Positions 16,679 to 26,939 of a stretch of DNA of 31,618 nt are shown here, in pieces. This stretch comes from Fimbriimonadia bacterium. Its GTDB lineage: Bacteria > Armatimonadota > Fimbriimonadia > Fimbriimonadales > JABRVX01. Under the pieces are notes generated by a model that searched no databases, had not been told where the DNA came from, and saw only the letters and a list, made by a program, of their open reading frames with translations. The DNA is taken from assembly GCA_041483895.1 (NCBI GenBank), contig JBGPGO010000027.1, forward strand, positions 1 through 31,618, read 5' to 3'. The position numbers were made by a program, and so were the translations under genes. How positions within the stretch are numbered: position 1 is the first letter of the stretch; each line of letters begins with the position of its first letter.

Positions 16679-18009
16679 GCGGCTATTGTGGCCAATCTGC
16701 TTCTTGGGCGGCGGAGTGTAGCAGCGAGGAGCACGAGGCCGGGGACGACGCTGAAAGACGGCTCCGGAACCGGGGACGAGAGCCAGACGGAGACGGTGCC
16801 GGCCATGTCCTTCGCGTACCAGAGCACCTGTCCATTTTCACCAACGGCAAGTGAGCGCGCGCCGAGGTAATTCAATCCGCCGTAAGCGTCCGCTGACAGG
16901 TCGAACCGGTTCACAAAAACGCTTTCGAGCGGTACCTTGTCGCCGGCCGCGGACCAGACGCCATTGCCGAAGCTATCGAGCCCAGTCATATGGAACACTG
17001 TCGGGATTCCCACGATGTCTGTCGTAAGGTTCTTGCCGTTCAAAACGGCCACGTAGCCAAAGTTGGTGGTGGAAGCGCTCCAGAACACGTCGCCCTCATC
17101 GTTAATGCGGCTCTTTCCCAACTGAATCAAATTTACTCCGAGGTCCGGCACTTCCGCGGTGAGATCCTCCATTCCCAGCATCATGTGATGCGTGTTGTCC
17201 TTGTCGATTCGGACCCAAAGGTAACTGTCCGAGGAGTTAATGTCCTCTGGGTGTCCGCCTTTCATCGAGGGGAACAGGCCCGCCGTCACGTTTTGATCGT
17301 TGAGGAAAAGATCGAACCGGCCGTTCGTGGTCGATCCAAGGGCGTCCCACAGCACGCTTCCGGTCCCGCCGATGATGCCCTCCGGCACGACCTGCGTCTC
17401 CCCAAGAACCCCCGCCGTGATGTTGACTCCGTTCTCATAGAGGTTCGCGAAAGAGTTCCCTTGTCCATCGTACGTCGTGGCCCCATACAGGGTGTCGCCC
17501 GCTCCGTTGATTCCGTAGAGCGCGACGTCGGAAATCGTCGCGCCGCCGGAAATCTCTTGGCTTCCTTTGAATACCCGCGTAGCGCCGGACTTTTGCCACT
17601 TCCAGAACGGGTTGCCGGCGTCGTCGATCCCTCGAATGACGACCCGATCTTGCGTCGGGTCCGGCGGAAATAGCGGACCATAAAAATCGTGGCCGTCGGC
17701 GTTGACGGAGATCGAGCTCACCGTGCCCCCCTCCCACGCCACCTGCCCGCCGCGGTTGATACCGTAGGTCGTGCCGTTGCTGACGGGTCCGAGGTAGGTG
17801 AAGTTGAGGTTGGTCTTGTACTTCCATGCGTCGAAATGGCCGTCCAGAGCCCTGGTTGTGTAACACGGAACGCCGTCGGCATTGATGAAGCTGTTGGTCG
17901 TCTGCCCGGGATCTAATATCTCCTTGATCAACCGCTCGTGCTTCCATTGGGTCTGGGACTCCGCGCACACGAATGCTAATGTCGCGATGACGGCGATGCA
18001 TGATTTCAT
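16660..18009 (-). CDS. PEP-CTERM sorting-domain protein, paralog 1
   Basis: Signal peptide, repeated INxxGxVxW-type beta units, and C-terminal VPEP + hydrophobic helix + RR. Confidence 0.85.
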   Translation of the reverse strand: MKSCIAVIATLAFVCAESQTQWKHERLIKEILDPGQTTNSFINADGVPCYTTRALDGHFDAWKYKTNLNFTYLGPVSNGTTYGINRGGQVAWEGGTVSSISVNADGHDFYGPLFPPDPTQDRVVIRGIDDAGNPFWKWQKSGATRVFKGSQEISGGATISDVALYGINGAGDTLYGATTYDGQGNSFANLYENGVNITAGVLGETQVVPEGIIGGTGSVLWDALGSTTNGRFDLFLNDQNVTAGLFPSMKGGHPEDINSSDSYLWVRIDKDNTHHMMLGMEDLTAEVPDLGVNLIQLGKSRINDEGDVFWSASTTNFGYVAVLNGKNLTTDIVGIPTVFHMTGLDSFGNGVWSAAGDKVPLESVFVNRFDLSADAYGGLNYLGARSLAVGENGQVLWYAKDMAGTVSVWLSSPVPEPSFSVVPGLVLLAATLRRPRSRLATIAAWTKKS

Positions 18010-18082
18010 CCAAGTATCTCCCTTCCAAGATCCACAGGCGATCGCCCGCGGCCCAATTCGGGCCGCGGGCGTCGCTCAACAG

Positions 18083-18646
18083 CTACATGCCCCAGTAGGC
18101 TTTCACATTGCCGTCGCTGGTGACAAAGATTATCGCACCGTCATAGTCCATCGCCAGGTCTTGGCGAGGGATCGTTTCACTCAGCGTTACCGGAAAGCTG
18201 CTCAGTATGGTCGTACTGCCCGGTACGGTGGCATAATACTTCCCGGTCGTTGTGATGTAGTACAGATACGCGTTGCCGCTGTGATGTACCTGATAGATCG
18301 GGGTCGAGGTGAGCTCATCCGAATCGGAGCCCATTTTTATTTGAACGTAGCCTTTTCCTTTGTTCTCGCCGGGATTCTTATCGAGAATCCGTGTCGCGGT
18401 TGGCTTTCCCGTCCCGGAGCCCGCGTCCATGGTGAGCTGGAACAGATTGGCGTTCGTACCCTGGTCGTTGGCCATGTTGGCGTTCAGGGGTCCAAGATCG
18501 AGAGGCACGGGCAAGCTGGGATCACGGAGCGTGATTCCGGAGGTCGTGAAGCTGCATCTATCGATCATGTTTCGTCCACCCATCGGCCATGTGAATGCTA
18601 AAGGATCGTCGGCAAAGACGAAGGAGCTTATCTCGCACCTTTGCAA
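18083..18646 (-). CDS. Hypothetical protein, possibly a 5'-truncated beta-propeller remnant
   Basis: The 3' part looks coding (ending GAIIFVTSDGNVKAYWGM). The start is uncertain and there is no signal peptide. Confidence 0.4.
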   Translation of the reverse strand: MQRCEISSFVFADDPLAFTWPMGGRNMIDRCSFTTSGITLRDPSLPVPLDLGPLNANMANDQGTNANLFQLTMDAGSGTGKPTATRILDKNPGENKGKGYVQIKMGSDSDELTSTPIYQVHHSGNAYLYYITTTGKYYATVPGSTTILSSFPVTLSETIPRQDLAMDYDGAIIFVTSDGNVKAYWGM

Positions 18647-18933
18647 CCATAGTCGCGCTAAACCTGTCCCTAATCCAACCTTCTTTCCTAGAAGGCGTCC
18701 CTAGGCATGATACTCCGCTTTCGGTAATTTCGCAACGAATCGGAGTTCACGGATAGGATCGTCGATTTTCCTGGAGGGTACCGGACGGGCAATGGCGCGT
18801 CTGCCCGTAATTCTTATGACATTGGATCGAACGACAGCGGAGATCAGTAACAGAGAACGAGGTGCAAAGTCAGCTTTTTTTCACGAGCGCCAACTTCAGC
18901 ACCTCGTCGACATTGTTGACGAATGGGTGGAGA

Positions 18934-19821
18934 TTAACCGCCGGAGGAATCCCAAACCTTGCGAATTCCGACGGCCAGGTCCGGCGCGTTGCCCTCGCCC
19001 TCATAATGCACGAACATCACCTCCCGGCTGGCCCCCAGCGTATGATTATGGATAGACGTGACGCTGATGCCTGCCTTGCGGAATTCTGTCAGGACCCGCT
19101 GCAGTTCTTCGCGGGTGCAGCAGGTATCGCCCATCACCATCGTCTTCCCGCATTCACACGCGTTGAACGCCGCCCAACTGGCAAGCCCCATGGCGGGAGT
19201 GAAACGGATCCCGTCCACAGTGACGGCAAGGTCCTTGCGAGGATGCGAGTATCGCAAAATCCCGCTCGGCTTGATTTCAGCTTTTGCGCCAAGTGCGCTT
19301 CCCAATTCGTCAGCGTTCAGTTGCGGCTTCACGGCTATGGGCAGGGTCCCAATAGGGACGGATTTCCCCAATATGGCCAGGGCATTCTTGAATCCTGATG
19401 CGAGCGCAAATGGTTGGCCAACGGCCTGAAAATGCAGGAAGAATAGCCTTGGGTTTTCCGTCGTCATGTGGTTGTGCAGCGCGACGATCTCGAATCCACC
19501 CGCGAGCAACGCGTCGACAACGCCATCGATCTCTCCACGCAGCATGGCGATGTCTCCCACCGCCAGCGCACGGTTCTTGTCGCCATAAAACGCGATGTAA
19601 GTCGCCAGCCCCAGGTCCACGGGTATCGGCATTCCCAATTCGCTGGCGAAGGACACATCTGTACGAGGGATATTGATGCGAAATGAACCATCGGCGTTTA
19701 CGGCCCCCTGGGTTCCGATCGTTTTTCCGACCGATGCCCACGGTTCGGGTAGCGGCGCTGTGGTTTGAGCGCCAACCACCGAGCCTACCAAAACGGCGGC
19801 TATCGTGAGTATCTGCTTCAT
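18934..19821 (-). CDS. DUF1259 (LppY/LpqO-like) exported protein
   Basis: Signal peptide and two repeats containing ALHNH/SIHNH and F.H[FY]. SD GGGAGG. Confidence 0.82.
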   Translation of the reverse strand: MKQILTIAAVLVGSVVGAQTTAPLPEPWASVGKTIGTQGAVNADGSFRINIPRTDVSFASELGMPIPVDLGLATYIAFYGDKNRALAVGDIAMLRGEIDGVVDALLAGGFEIVALHNHMTTENPRLFFLHFQAVGQPFALASGFKNALAILGKSVPIGTLPIAVKPQLNADELGSALGAKAEIKPSGILRYSHPRKDLAVTVDGIRFTPAMGLASWAAFNACECGKTMVMGDTCCTREELQRVLTEFRKAGISVTSIHNHTLGASREVMFVHYEGEGNAPDLAVGIRKVWDSSGG

Positions 19822-19835
19822 TGTCCAGCCCTCCC

Positions 19836-20264
19836 TTATGAGTTCTGTTTACACCAAGCGTACAATGCATCGTACAAGGGGAATTCGAGTTCCATCTTTT
19901 TCGCGTCGTCATCCCCGTGACAGATGGCGAAGCCGTGCGCGATGGCTTTCAGTCCGGGGCCTAACGGGGAGAAATGTTCGTCGCCGGTCACGTCGGCGGC
20001 ATGGACAACTTTCGCGAGAACATGCAATGCGGGATCATCCAGACCGTACTTGATCAGGATGCTTTCAAAGGAACATCTGCCGTCAACGTGTCCTAGCTCA
20101 ACGTTCGGTACATCGAACGGGATCGCGCCGGTGTCCGCAGCGACCTGCATCACCTGTTCGACGGGGACGAATAGGAACTCGGCGTTTGGATCGACAAATC
20201 TGCGAATCAGCCAAGGGCAGGCGATTCGGTCCACCTTGGCGTTCGCGCGCGTCACGAACTTCAT
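19836..20264 (-). CDS. Chromate resistance ChrB C-terminal domain protein
   Basis: VTR...VDRIACPWLIRRFVDP.AEFLFV, PFD, H....CSFE and YDALYAWC. Confidence 0.85.
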   Translation of the reverse strand: MKFVTRANAKVDRIACPWLIRRFVDPNAEFLFVPVEQVMQVAADTGAIPFDVPNVELGHVDGRCSFESILIKYGLDDPALHVLAKVVHAADVTGDEHFSPLGPGLKAIAHGFAICHGDDDAKKMELEFPLYDALYAWCKQNS

Positions 20265-20270
20265 GGACCG

Positions 20271-20276
20271 ATTGTA
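20271..20276 (-). promoter_or_regulatory. -10-like hexamer TACAAT, probable leaderless promoter
   Basis: TANNNT 6 nt upstream of ATG 20264, within the 19-bp gap after the lon stop. Confidence 0.55.
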
Positions 20277-20283
20277 GCGCGAA

Positions 20284-22665
20284 CTAAGGCTTCTTGACCA
20301 GCGCCAATTTCAACGCTTCGTCAACGTGGTTGACGAAGTGGAAGGTCATCTCCCGGCGGACCTTGTCCGGTATGTCGTCCAAATCGTGCTCGTTCAGCTT
20401 CGGCAAAATCACATTCAAAATCCCGGCCCGATGCGCGGCCAGCATCTTCTCCTTGATGCCCCCGACCGGCAGCACCTTTCCCCGCAGCGTGATCTCGCCC
20501 GTCATCACGATATCCCGGCGCACGAGCCGCTCCGTCACCGCGCTGGCGAGGGCGGTCGCGATGGTGATCCCGGCGCTCGGACCGTCCTTTGGAACCGCGC
20601 CCGCCGGAACGTGAATGTGCACATCGCGCGTCTTCAAAAGCTCCGGATTTACCCCCAAAGCCTGTGCGCGCGAACGAATGAAGGTCTGAGCCGCAAGGGC
20701 GGATTCCTTCATGACGTCCCCCAACTGCCCGGTTAATAAGAGTTCCTTCCCCGTCCCCGGCACCAGGCTGACCTCGACGGAAATAATGTCGCCGCCCGCC
20801 TCGGTATAAACCAGGCCGGTCGCCGTCGCCTCCAAATCCTTCGTTTCCGCGGTGCCATAGTGGTAGCGCGGATTGCCCAAATAAGAGCCGACCCCGCGCT
20901 TCGTGAGCGCCACCGAGGCCTTGCTCCCCTCCGCCACTTTGCGAGCCACTTTGCGGCAGACCGCGGCAATCTCCCGCTCCAGCCCTCGCACGCCGGCCTC
21001 GCGGGTATAGGACCGGATGATCGACCGAAGACCCTCATCCTCAAATTTCAGTCTTGACGCGCCGAGCCCGTGGTCGCGCAGATTTTTCGGGACCAAGAAT
21101 CCCTTCGCAATCGCCAGCTTTTCATCTTCGATGTAGCCCGGGAATCGCAACGTCTCCATGCGATCCATCAGCGCCGGCGGAACGGTGTCCAATATATTCG
21201 CGGTCATGATGAACATGGCGTCAGAAAGGTCGAACGGCACTTCCAGATAGTGATCGGAGAATCGCTCGTTTTGCTCGGGGTCCAGCGCCTCGAGAAGCGC
21301 CGCCGTGGGGTCCCCGCGAAAATCTATTCCCAGCTTATCGATCTCATCGAGCATGAACACAGGGTTCCGGCTGCCGCACTGTTTGATGCCGTGAATGATC
21401 CGCCCCGGCATGGAACCCACATAGGTACGTCGATGCCCTCGAATCTCCGCCTCGTCCCGCACGCCGCCCAGCGACACGCGGACGAATTTGCGTCCGAGGC
21501 TTCGGGCGATGCTGCGGCCGATGGAAGTTTTCCCGACTCCGGGAGGTCCCACGAAACAGAGGATCGGCCCCTTCTGCGCATGAGTCAATTGCCGGACCGC
21601 AAGAAATTCAAGAATTCTTTCCTTCACCTTTTGCAGCCCGTAATGGTCTTTGTCCAGAATCTTTTGCGCGGCCTTTATGTTGACCGTGTCCTGCGTTTCG
21701 ACCGACCATGGCAAGCTGCAAAGCCAATCCAAATACGTTCGGATGACAACTCCTTCGGGGGCGGCCGGAGGCATTCTCTCAAGGCGTTTGACTTCGTGCT
21801 CGGCTCGCTCGGCAACCTCGTCCGGCATGACCGCCAATGCCACTTTCTCGCGGTACTCGTCGATCTCCGTCAATCGGTCGTCGCGCTCGTTCAGCTCTTG
21901 CTGAATCACCCGAAGCTGTTCGCGCAAATAGTATTCGCGCTGCGTGTCCCCCATTTCGCGCTCGACTCGGCTGCGAATCTCAGACTGAATTTCAAGAACC
22001 TCTAGTTCGTTGACCAGAAGCTCCCGCAACGATTCCAGCCGCTCTTCCGGATCCGTCAGCGAAAGGATCTTTTGCTTCTCCGAAATGTGAATCTGAAGAT
22101 GGTGCGCGATGGCATCGGCGAGTCGGCCCGGTTTGTCGATGTAGTTGACGGAGGTCATCGCCTCCGCCGGAATCTGCTTCCCCATTTGCGCGGCTCGCTC
22201 GAACATCCGTACGCATTCTCGCATCATCGCCTCGATGCGGGGCGACATCGGCTCTTCCGTGGAGACGACGGAAATCCTTGCGATGATGTGCGGTTCCCGC
22301 TGGATGACGGACTCCATCCGGGCTCTGGCCAAACCGCGAAGCACGACTCGGACCGTGCCATCCGGCACCGGCAACACCTGCACCGCCTCCGAAATGACGC
22401 CCATGGTATGCAGGTCTTCAGCGTCCGGATCATCGATAGTCACATCCCGCTGCGCGACGACCAAAACCAGCCGATCCTGATTCAGCGCAAAGTCCAGCGC
22501 TTTAAGAGATCGGTCGCGCCCGACCAGCAGCGGCGAAAGCTCATCCGGAAAATGGACGGCGTCCCGAATCGGCAAAACGGGAATCTCGGTAGGAAACTCA
22601 GCGGCATCGACTCCCGCCGCCAGTTCCCGAAGCTCCTCTTCAATCCAGGCTGTTTGCTTTTTCAA
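20284..22665 (-). CDS. lon: ATP-dependent protease La (Lon)
   Basis: Lon N-domain, DHYGL..VKERI, Walker A GPPGVGKT, Walker [15 protein letters not shown] (catalytic Ser) and GGIKEK. Confidence 0.97.
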   Translation of the reverse strand: MKKQTAWIEEELRELAAGVDAAEFPTEIPVLPIRDAVHFPDELSPLLVGRDRSLKALDFALNQDRLVLVVAQRDVTIDDPDAEDLHTMGVISEAVQVLPVPDGTVRVVLRGLARARMESVIQREPHIIARISVVSTEEPMSPRIEAMMRECVRMFERAAQMGKQIPAEAMTSVNYIDKPGRLADAIAHHLQIHISEKQKILSLTDPEERLESLRELLVNELEVLEIQSEIRSRVEREMGDTQREYYLREQLRVIQQELNERDDRLTEIDEYREKVALAVMPDEVAERAEHEVKRLERMPPAAPEGVVIRTYLDWLCSLPWSVETQDTVNIKAAQKILDKDHYGLQKVKERILEFLAVRQLTHAQKGPILCFVGPPGVGKTSIGRSIARSLGRKFVRVSLGGVRDEAEIRGHRRTYVGSMPGRIIHGIKQCGSRNPVFMLDEIDKLGIDFRGDPTAALLEALDPEQNERFSDHYLEVPFDLSDAMFIMTANILDTVPPALMDRMETLRFPGYIEDEKLAIAKGFLVPKNLRDHGLGASRLKFEDEGLRSIIRSYTREAGVRGLEREIAAVCRKVARKVAEGSKASVALTKRGVGSYLGNPRYHYGTAETKDLEATATGLVYTEAGGDIISVEVSLVPGTGKELLLTGQLGDVMKESALAAQTFIRSRAQALGVNPELLKTRDVHIHVPAGAVPKDGPSAGITIATALASAVTERLVRRDIVMTGEITLRGKVLPVGGIKEKMLAAHRAGILNVILPKLNEHDLDDIPDKVRREMTFHFVNHVDEALKLALVKKP

Positions 22666-22674
22666 TCACGAAAC

Positions 22675-23949
22675 CTAGCTTGCCTGTTTGAGGTCGTCGG
22701 CGGTGAGCATCAACGGCGTTCGGTGCTCGGAGAACAGCTTGTCGGGGATGATCACCTTCTTGATGCTGGGCATCGACGGCGCATCATACATAACGTCCAG
22801 CATGATCGATTCGATAATGGCCCGAAGCGCTCTCGCTCCCGTGCCGCGGTTCATGGCCTCGCGGGCGATCTCCCGCAATGCGCCGTCTTCGAATTCCAGA
22901 TCCACGCCGTCCAGATCGAAGAACTTCGCGTACTGCTTGATGAGCGCGTTCTTCGGCTCCTGGAGAATTCGAACCAATGTGTCCTCTTCCAGCGGCTCAA
23001 GCGTCGCCACGACCGGGAGGCGACCGATGAATTCGGGTATGAGACCGAAGCTCAACAGGTCCTCCGGAAGCAGATGCTTCAAGAGATTGTGGCGCTTGGC
23101 GTCCTTGCTCTCCGGCTTTGATCGGAAGCCCATCGAATTGTCCCGCATTCGGCGCGCGATGATATTCTCAATTCCTTCGAACGAACCGCCGCACAGGAAC
23201 AGGATATTGGATGTGTCGATCTGGATGTATTCCTGGTGGGGATGCTTGCGGCCTCCCTGCGGTGGGACGTTGGCAATGGTGCCTTCCAAAATCTTGAGCA
23301 AGGCCTGTTGCACGCCTTCTCCGGACACATCGCGGGTAATCGAGGGATTGTCCGACTTTCGTCCTATCTTGTCGATTTCATCTATGTAGATGATTCCCCG
23401 CTCGGCGTTTTCGACCGTCTGCCGAGGGTCGCCGTTGGTATCCGCCGTTTGGAACAGCTTGAGCAAAATGTTCTCGACGTCTTCGCCAACGTAGCCGGCC
23501 TCTGTTAAGGCTGTGGCGTCGGCAATGCAGAACGGAACGTTGAGGATTTTGGCGAGCGACTGAGCCAGAAGGGTCTTGCCGCTTCCAGTCGGGCCGACGA
23601 GCAGAATGTTGCTCTTCTGCAGCTCGACTTCTGAGCTGCCGCCCATCCGGATGCGCTTATAGTGATTATAAACCGCGACCGACAGAGATCGCTTCGCAGC
23701 CTCTTGCCCGACGACGTACTGGCATAGGAAGTCGAATATCTCTTTCGGCTTCGGGATGGTTTCCACAAAGCTGCGTCCGATGGGTTTGTTCGGTTTGCCT
23801 GGCTCGGTCTTCATAATGTCTAAACAGAGATCGATGCACTCCGAGCAGACACCGCCATACAACCCTACGATCAGCTTTCTGACCTGATCCCGCGATTTCC
23901 CGCACAGTACACAACGCCCGTCCAGTCGTTCCATACCCGTCTTCGCCAC
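22675..23949 (-). CDS. clpX: ATP-dependent Clp protease ATP-binding subunit ClpX
   Basis: Zn-binding CVLC...[29 protein letters not shown] loop and MGF (IGF-type) loop. Confidence 0.97.
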   Translation of the reverse strand: MAKTGMERLDGRCVLCGKSRDQVRKLIVGLYGGVCSECIDLCLDIMKTEPGKPNKPIGRSFVETIPKPKEIFDFLCQYVVGQEAAKRSLSVAVYNHYKRIRMGGSSEVELQKSNILLVGPTGSGKTLLAQSLAKILNVPFCIADATALTEAGYVGEDVENILLKLFQTADTNGDPRQTVENAERGIIYIDEIDKIGRKSDNPSITRDVSGEGVQQALLKILEGTIANVPPQGGRKHPHQEYIQIDTSNILFLCGGSFEGIENIIARRMRDNSMGFRSKPESKDAKRHNLLKHLLPEDLLSFGLIPEFIGRLPVVATLEPLEEDTLVRILQEPKNALIKQYAKFFDLDGVDLEFEDGALREIAREAMNRGTGARALRAIIESIMLDVMYDAPSMPSIKKVIIPDKLFSEHRTPLMLTADDLKQAS

Positions 23950-23959
23950 CTAGTGTCTC

Positions 23960-24547
23960 CTACCGCTTCGCCCGCTCTAAGACCTGATCGACGATCCCGT
24001 ACTCCTTGGCCTCAGTGGCGGACATGAAATAGTCTCGTTCGGTGTCTTTCGTCACCTTCTCTATGGACTGTTTGGTGTGGCGGGAGAGTATCTGCATGAG
24101 ATATTCCATATTCCGTTCGATTTCCTTGGCTTGAATATTAATATCTAGCGCGGTACCCTGTACGCCGCCGCTGACCTGGTGAATCATTACGCGGGCGTGC
24201 GGCAGGCAATACCGCTTGGACTCCGATCCGCCGGCCAGCAGCACAGCGCCCATGCTGGCTGCCTGACCCACACAAATGGTAGCTATATCACATTTAACGA
24301 TCCGCATTGTGTCATAGATAGCCAGCCCTGCCGACACAACGCCGCCCGGCGAGTTGATATACATCTCGACATCTTTGTCCGGGTCCTCTTTCTCCAAGAA
24401 CAGCAACTCCGCAATGACCAAATTCGCGACATGGTCGTCAATTGGCTCGCCGATGAACACGATTCGGTCCTTCAGCAGCCGCGAGTAGATGTCGTAGGCG
24501 CGTTCTCCTCGCGCCGACTGTTCCACAACCATGGGGACTAAACTCAT
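23960..24547 (-). CDS. clpP: ATP-dependent Clp protease proteolytic subunit
   Basis: [23 protein letters not shown] (Ser), MIHQ (His) and ERD. Start at ATG 24547 after GGAGG. Confidence 0.97.
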   Translation of the reverse strand: MSLVPMVVEQSARGERAYDIYSRLLKDRIVFIGEPIDDHVANLVIAELLFLEKEDPDKDVEMYINSPGGVVSAGLAIYDTMRIVKCDIATICVGQAASMGAVLLAGGSESKRYCLPHARVMIHQVSGGVQGTALDINIQAKEIERNMEYLMQILSRHTKQSIEKVTKDTERDYFMSATEAKEYGIVDQVLERAKR

Positions 24548-24929
24548 CAAGCACCCTCCGAGAATGCGCGCCAATTGGGCATCATTCACTTATTATCGGC
24601 TTCGGACCGGATATCCCGATTGCCGGAACCGATTCCAGGCTCGGGCGCCGCTGGCCGATAGTTAAAGGTTACCCGGAGAGGGAGGCTTTTCGGCGTCTGG
24701 AGATATTGCGGGACCGTAGCCAGGCAAATATCGATCCGGCAAGCATCAACCCCGCCGCACCGGCCGGATTTTTCCAAGTACCCGGCATCGGTCCTTATTC
24801 CTGCCTGACATCGCTGCACAAGTTGTTTGTCGTCGGCTGTGGCTTGTGCTGTCGGCTGCGAACGCGCGGTCGTACGTGGCGGGGTTCAAGGGCCGGATTC
24901 GAAGAGTCCTGCCAACCAAGTACCCTCCA

Positions 24930-26297
24930 CTAGGTTTTGGGGGGATGCATGTGATGAAATATAATCGCGGGTCGGATGAACCATTTCCGCCGCCTACGAA
25001 TTAGCGCCAGGATAAGGATCGCCGGCACGATGAGCCCCGGCTCCGGGACGGGGGTGGAGAGCCAGACGGAGGATGTGTCGTCCGGATCCTGGGCCGTCCA
25101 TAGCACCTGCCCGTTGACGCCGACAGCGAGTCCAGCGGCTGCTCTGTAGTTGAATCCACCATACGCGTCCGCTGACAGATTGAACTGATTGACAAAAACG
25201 CTGCGAACAGGGACCTTCGGACCCGATGCGTACCAGACGCCGTTGCCGAATCCGTCTAGCCCAGTCATATCGAAATCGGTTGGGATTCCTACGATTTCCG
25301 TCGTCAGATTTTTTCCGTTGAGGATGGCCAAGTACCCTAAGGTGCTGCTTGCCCCGTTCCAGAAGACGTCGCCTTTTTTGTTGACAAAGTTCAGCCCTTG
25401 GCGGATGCCGTCGATGCCGAGCTCCGAAACCTCTGCGGTGAGGTCCCGCATGCCGAGCATCATATGATCCGTGTTGTTCGTGTCGACACGAATCCAAAGA
25501 TATTGGTCAGCCGAGTTGATCGCTTCAACATGCGCTGCTTTCATCGAAGGAAATAGGCCAAACGTCAGGTTCTGGTTGTTGAGAAACAGATCGAATCTGC
25601 CGTTCGTTGTTGCTCCATATCCGTCCCACAAAACACTGCCGCTAGCTCCCACAATCCCGGTCTGGGCGAATTGTGAGTCTCCGCCCAGGAGTCCTGCGGT
25701 GAAATTGACGCCGTTCTTGTACAAATTGATCTGTCCGCCAGAATCTGTTGCTCCATAAAGTGTGTCGCCTTTGCCGTTTGTCCCATAAAGCATGAGATCA
25801 GATATCGCCGCGCCGCCGGAGATCTCCGTCCCCCCTTGGAATACTCGGTGGACGCCGGATTTTTGGTAAAACCAAAATGGATCGCCGGCATCGTCGATTC
25901 CACGAATGAAGACGTGGCTCTGATTCGTGTCCGGGGGAAAAAGGGGGGCGTAGAAATCATGCCCGTCGGCGTTGACGGAGATCGAGGTGACCGTGCCGCC
26001 CTCCCACGCCACCTGCCCATATCGGTTGATGCCGAGGGTCGTTCCATTGCTGACCAGTCCGAGGTATGTTTGGTTGAGATTGAGAAGGGTTTTGGTTGAC
26101 GAGCGATACTTCCAGGCATCAAAATGACCGTCCAGTGATCTTGTCGTAAACGCGACGTCCCCATTTGCGTTGATGAAACTGTTGGTCTTCTGACCTGGAT
26201 ATAGAATCTCATCGATAAGCCTCTCGTGTTTCCATTGGGTCTGCGCCTCCGCGCAGACGAACGCCAGGACTAAGACGACTGCAGCGCATGATTTCAT
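24930..26297 (-). CDS. PEP-CTERM sorting-domain protein, paralog 2
   Basis: Collinear with 16660-18009 from MKSC onward, ending VPEPGLIVPAILILALIRRRRK. Start at ATG 26297. Confidence 0.85.
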   Translation of the reverse strand: MKSCAAVVLVLAFVCAEAQTQWKHERLIDEILYPGQKTNSFINANGDVAFTTRSLDGHFDAWKYRSSTKTLLNLNQTYLGLVSNGTTLGINRYGQVAWEGGTVTSISVNADGHDFYAPLFPPDTNQSHVFIRGIDDAGDPFWFYQKSGVHRVFQGGTEISGGAAISDLMLYGTNGKGDTLYGATDSGGQINLYKNGVNFTAGLLGGDSQFAQTGIVGASGSVLWDGYGATTNGRFDLFLNNQNLTFGLFPSMKAAHVEAINSADQYLWIRVDTNNTDHMMLGMRDLTAEVSELGIDGIRQGLNFVNKKGDVFWNGASSTLGYLAILNGKNLTTEIVGIPTDFDMTGLDGFGNGVWYASGPKVPVRSVFVNQFNLSADAYGGFNYRAAAGLAVGVNGQVLWTAQDPDDTSSVWLSTPVPEPGLIVPAILILALIRRRRKWFIRPAIIFHHMHPPKT

Positions 26298-26301
26298 CCA
26301 A

Positions 26302-26349
26302 GTTTTATCCCTCAACAGGTCCTCCTGTTGAGGGGGGTCCGGCAGCCAC
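26302..26349 (-). repeat. REP-like hairpin at the 3' end of the RAYT gene
   Basis: GTGG head, then perfect 11-bp stem CCCTCAACAGG/CCTGTTGAGGG (26309-26334). Confidence 0.8.
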
Positions 26350-26901
26350 ATCGGATAGCGGGAGAACCTCCCCTGGCATGCAAATCAGCCCGGACTCGGG
26401 GTCCCACCGCCCGGCCTCATGCAGATGGACGCTGGACCACTCATAATCCTCTGGACAAAGGCACAATCCTCTACGCACCGGATTTTCGTGCATGTATTTG
26501 ATCTTCTGCCAAAACACCTCGTCGGATTCGATCGGAAAACTGCGGAAGCTAACCTGCCAAAGAGTCCGTTGATTGAGTCCCCTTTGGATTGCGAACAGCG
26601 CGTCGATCTCTGGCGGGATCAGCGGCAACAATTGCTTTGCGGTATACGACTTCAGATTCTTGACGAAAGTTGAAACGTCCTTATCAGCGGGCAGCCGTGT
26701 TACGAAGTGGATATGCTCCGGCATGACGACATTTCCATGCAAGGCGGCGCCATAGTGTCGGTGCACCTCGAAAAGCAGCTCCACCATGCGCTCGGCAACT
26801 TCCTCTATGCGAAAGATCGGGACGAAGTCGAGAACAGTGGTGGTGACGAACACTAGCTGCCCGGCTTCGGCGACGTTCTTGAAGTGGCGATAGCGGGCCA
26901 T
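26305..26901 (-). CDS. REP-associated tyrosine transposase (RAYT; IS200-like HUH/Y1)
   Basis: FVTT, VVMPEHIH (HUH), LWQ, YMHENPVRRGL (catalytic Tyr) and YEWSS. Confidence 0.9.
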   Translation of the reverse strand: MARYRHFKNVAEAGQLVFVTTTVLDFVPIFRIEEVAERMVELLFEVHRHYGAALHGNVVMPEHIHFVTRLPADKDVSTFVKNLKSYTAKQLLPLIPPEIDALFAIQRGLNQRTLWQVSFRSFPIESDEVFWQKIKYMHENPVRRGLCLCPEDYEWSSVHLHEAGRWDPESGLICMPGEVLPLSDVAAGPPSTGGPVEG

Positions 26902-26939
26902 GTGTATATATTACACCAACTTTAGCGTCTTGGCGGCCG

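Noticed and set aside
24590..24929. CIRCE/CtsR operator or ncRNA upstream of clpP
   Set aside because: No TTAGCACTC-N9-GAGTGCTAA or clear heptad repeat is present, and I recognise no RNA family.
26298..26351. Extended start of PEP-CTERM paralog 2
   Set aside because: It lies in the REP and RAYT tail. Paralog 1 and the signal peptide start at MKSC.
26305..26901. IS200/IS605 element with TnpB
   Set aside because: There is no tnpB. The protein motifs and inverted GT[AG]G-headed hairpins fit a RAYT better.
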